Shown here: positions 61,762 to 64,000 of the stretch, piece after piece | How the letters are laid out: the number at the start of each line of letters is the position of its first letter | Position numbering within the stretch: the first letter of the stretch is position 1 | NCBI GenBank assembly: GCA_964019425.1 | Contig: OZ025790.1 | Coordinates: 1,116,001 to 1,180,000, forward strand | DNA: 64,000 bases | DNA from: Flectonema sp. DT1601 | Taxonomy: Eukaryota | Direction: 5' to 3' | Notes under the pieces: model-generated | Databases searched by the model: none | What the model saw: only the letters and a program-made list of their open reading frames with translations | What the model was told of the DNA's origin: nothing | Translations under genes and position numbers: made by a program

Positions 61762-64000
61762 ATGCCTGGGAAGCTTAAAAATATGTTCGAGCAGAATCTT
61801 GAAGAGGAAGAGCCACCTCCAATCATTCCAAGAAGGCCAAAGCCGGGAGTTAAAAAATCATTTTTGCAAAAGACTGGAGATGGTGATCCTTCCCCGGTAA
61901 AATCACCGAAAACAGAAGTCTTGCCATCACCAAAAAGATTGCCAGTCCTGGAAATACCTAATTTAGACACGGAAGTCAAGGAGGAGATTGTAGCTCCTGA
62001 TCAAGTGCAGTTAGTAACACAGACGGGCTCACCATCCTCAGGAGTTGAGGAGTCCCTTCTTAGAAAGGCACCAGAACCGGAAAAACAAAACCCCCCGACA
62101 AGGAATGAAACCCCAAAAACGAAAGAACTTCCGGGGAGGAAAGAAGTTCCAGAAATGAATAAACTCCCTGAGAACGATGTGATACCAGGCGGTGATGTTA
62201 TTCAACCACCGCAGCAACAACAACAGCAAGAGGAGAGTCGACCGCCAACTCCAAGTGACATTGATGAAAATGAAAAGGAACTACCGATGCCGGTTGCGGA
62301 TGTTTCAATGATGGCATCGCCTGTTCCGTTTATGTCATCCGCTGCTCCAATTGCGACACCGACACCTGCATCACCACATCAACAGATTGGAGGTTCAGGG
62401 TTTAGTTATCCTAGAGCACCTACACCTCCTCCACAAAAAATTGTTTTAGAAATTCGTTTACCAGAACCTGCTCCAGCTAGTGCTCCAACAACAGCCCCTA
62501 TCACTACCAAACAGATTGTTAGGTCAGAATCGAATTCAACTGCAATGCGAATCGAAGAGTCTGACATTGCAGCGAGTCCTCAATTCGTTTCTAAAACACC
62601 TTCAGTAGCTCCTTGGGAAGGTCCATCGTCAACTACTGTTCCACATTCAGATCCAAGAAGAGAATTGTCATCTACTCCTATTAATAATTATGAACAACAC
62701 GTACCTTTTATATTACCCTCGATTAATGACATCAGTGCTACGATGGAAGCATTACAGAAGAGTATGAGTCCTCAACAACATGATTCAGTCAGGAGTTCTG
62801 TTGGAACTCCGACACCAACTCAGAGTAGTTTACCGCAACGGAGATCATCAATTTCAGCTGCTGTACCTCCAGTGTATCCGGAAGAGTTAAAAAAGACGTT
62901 GGATGAAATTATGAATTCACTAGGTACCATCAACAGTGACGTATTAACATCACTTCAAGGAATTGGATTGCAAACCAACACTAGAGAATCAGAGCTTGCT
63001 GTACCACAACCAACATCCAGTTCGATTCCCGGACCTGAATATATTTCACAACAACACACTGCATCGATAGAATCTAATAAAGAAATTAAACGAGAGATTG
63101 ACAGGTTGAGATCAAAACAGCAGCAAGCTGAACGCAAGAATGAGCTCGATTGTTTATCACAAGAAATCTACAACTTAAAACAACAACAAAAAGAACAAGA
63201 GAAGGTAAGGACTTCCTTATTAGATTTACAGCTACTACAACAGTCAATCATGTCTGAGCAGTTCCAAAAACAAATGGGAGCCTCTCATCGTCAAAAGGCG
63301 ATTGATAAGCAACAACGACACTACCTGGCTAAGTATTTGGAATACCAAAAAGAATTAAATAAAACAATAAAGAAAAGCGGCGTATCACAACCACAAGTCC
63401 AACAAGAAGAACGATTCTCACCTGCTGTTGACATCAACGAGGAGATTGCGAAGCATCTTCGGGCAGTTGGAGCAGGTGGTGGTCACAGGTTGATAGACGA
63501 TGGGAGTACTGATAGTCAGCTGTCACAACCGCAGTCGAAAAAGAAGAGTTCAGACAATCAATCAGTTCCTGCTGTCTTAACAACAAAAAGAAATTATCAA
63601 CAACAATACCCAAGTTCTTCAATAGGTGAATCTCCTCGTATAGCGTCTCATAGTAAACCTATCGCAAGCAATCAGGTTGATCCCGAAGTACGAGAATGGC
63701 TTGTTCACCTTCGATTAGAACGTTACATTTCTATATTTACAGTTCATCAGATAACTCTTGAGTCCTTTGTGAGATTAACTGATACGGATATTGTTGAGAT
63801 GGGAATCACAGCACTCGGTCCTCGTAAAGTACTTCAAAGGTTTATTGAAGAATACCAGAAAAGTAAAAGTCCAGGTAGAGTTGTTGTCCCCTCAACAACA
63901 CCTGGGAAGTTAGTACAGCCGATGAGGGTTTCAAAAAGTATTGAGAAATCTGTTGAGAGGGATAGAGTGAATAGAGAACGAGAACGGGAGCGTACCAGAC
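61762..64000 (+). CDS. Large P/E/S-rich protein with coiled coil and SAM domain; runs off the window and is absent from the ORF track
   Basis: ATG at 61762; the frame is consistent wherever checked. EVREWLVHLRLERYISIF..LTDTDIVEMGITALGPRKVL at ~63685-63855 is a SAM signature. Confidence 0.85.
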   Translation, partial: MPGKLKNMFEQNLEEEEPPPIIPRRPKPGVKKSFLQKTGDGDPSPVKSPKTEVLPSPKRLPVLEIPNLDTEVKEEIVAPDQVQLVTQTGSPSSGVEESLLRKAPEPEKQNPPTRNETPKTKELPGRKEVPEMNKLPENDVIPGGDVIQPPQQQQQQEESRPPTPSDIDENEKELPMPVADVSMMASPVPFMSSAAPIATPTPASPHQQIGGSGFSYPRAPTPPPQKIVLEIRLPEPAPASAPTTAPITTKQIVRSESNSTAMRIEESDIAASPQFVSKTPSVAPWEGPSSTTVPHSDPRRELSSTPINNYEQHVPFILPSINDISATMEALQKSMSPQQHDSVRSSVGTPTPTQSSLPQRRSSISAAVPPVYPEELKKTLDEIMNSLGTINSDVLTSLQGIGLQTNTRESELAVPQPTSSSIPGPEYISQQHTASIESNKEIKREIDRLRSKQQQAERKNELDCLSQEIYNLKQQQKEQEKVRTSLLDLQLLQQSIMSEQFQKQMGASHRQKAIDKQQRHYLAKYLEYQKELNKTIKKSGVSQPQVQQEERFSPAVDINEEIAKHLRAVGAGGGHRLIDDGSTDSQLSQPQSKKKSSDNQSVPAVLTTKRNYQQQYPSSSIGESPRIASHSKPIASNQVDPEVREWLVHLRLERYISIFTVHQITLESFVRLTDTDIVEMGITALGPRKVLQRFIEEYQKSKSPGRVVVPSTTPGKLVQPMRVSKSIEKSVERDRVNRERERERTR

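Overview
Eukaryotic, AT-rich window, most likely from a euglenozoan (diplonemid-like) protist. This assignment is an inference from the LSU rRNA fragment, a VIPER/TATE-type tyrosine recombinase fragment and co-oriented, intron-poor genes. The left ~37.8 kb is a repeat island. It has four arrays of one hairpin-rich ~110/125-bp satellite, each capped by the same ~450-bp block (Z) and arranged as two large inverted-repeat structures (~2.7-12.9 kb and ~14.0-35.5 kb). Between the arms lie two copies of an RT/restriction-like-endonuclease (RLE) non-LTR retrotransposon with an unusual ~560-aa C-terminal extension, plus a tyrosine-recombinase fragment. The arrays carry at least six inserts: two Mutator-like elements with tRNA-derived cassettes (one also carries 28S rRNA pieces), a long-TIR element, a hAT-like element and two TSD-less captured fragments. 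The right ~26 kb holds + strand host genes: a ubiquitin-like domain protein, a catalytically dead ProA-like protein, two PqiA-like/ShK-like-repeat paralogs, a UPF0390-like protein and a SAM-domain protein. It also has a repeat-rich spacer with an isolated 18S 5' end. All calls are by eye; no searches were run.
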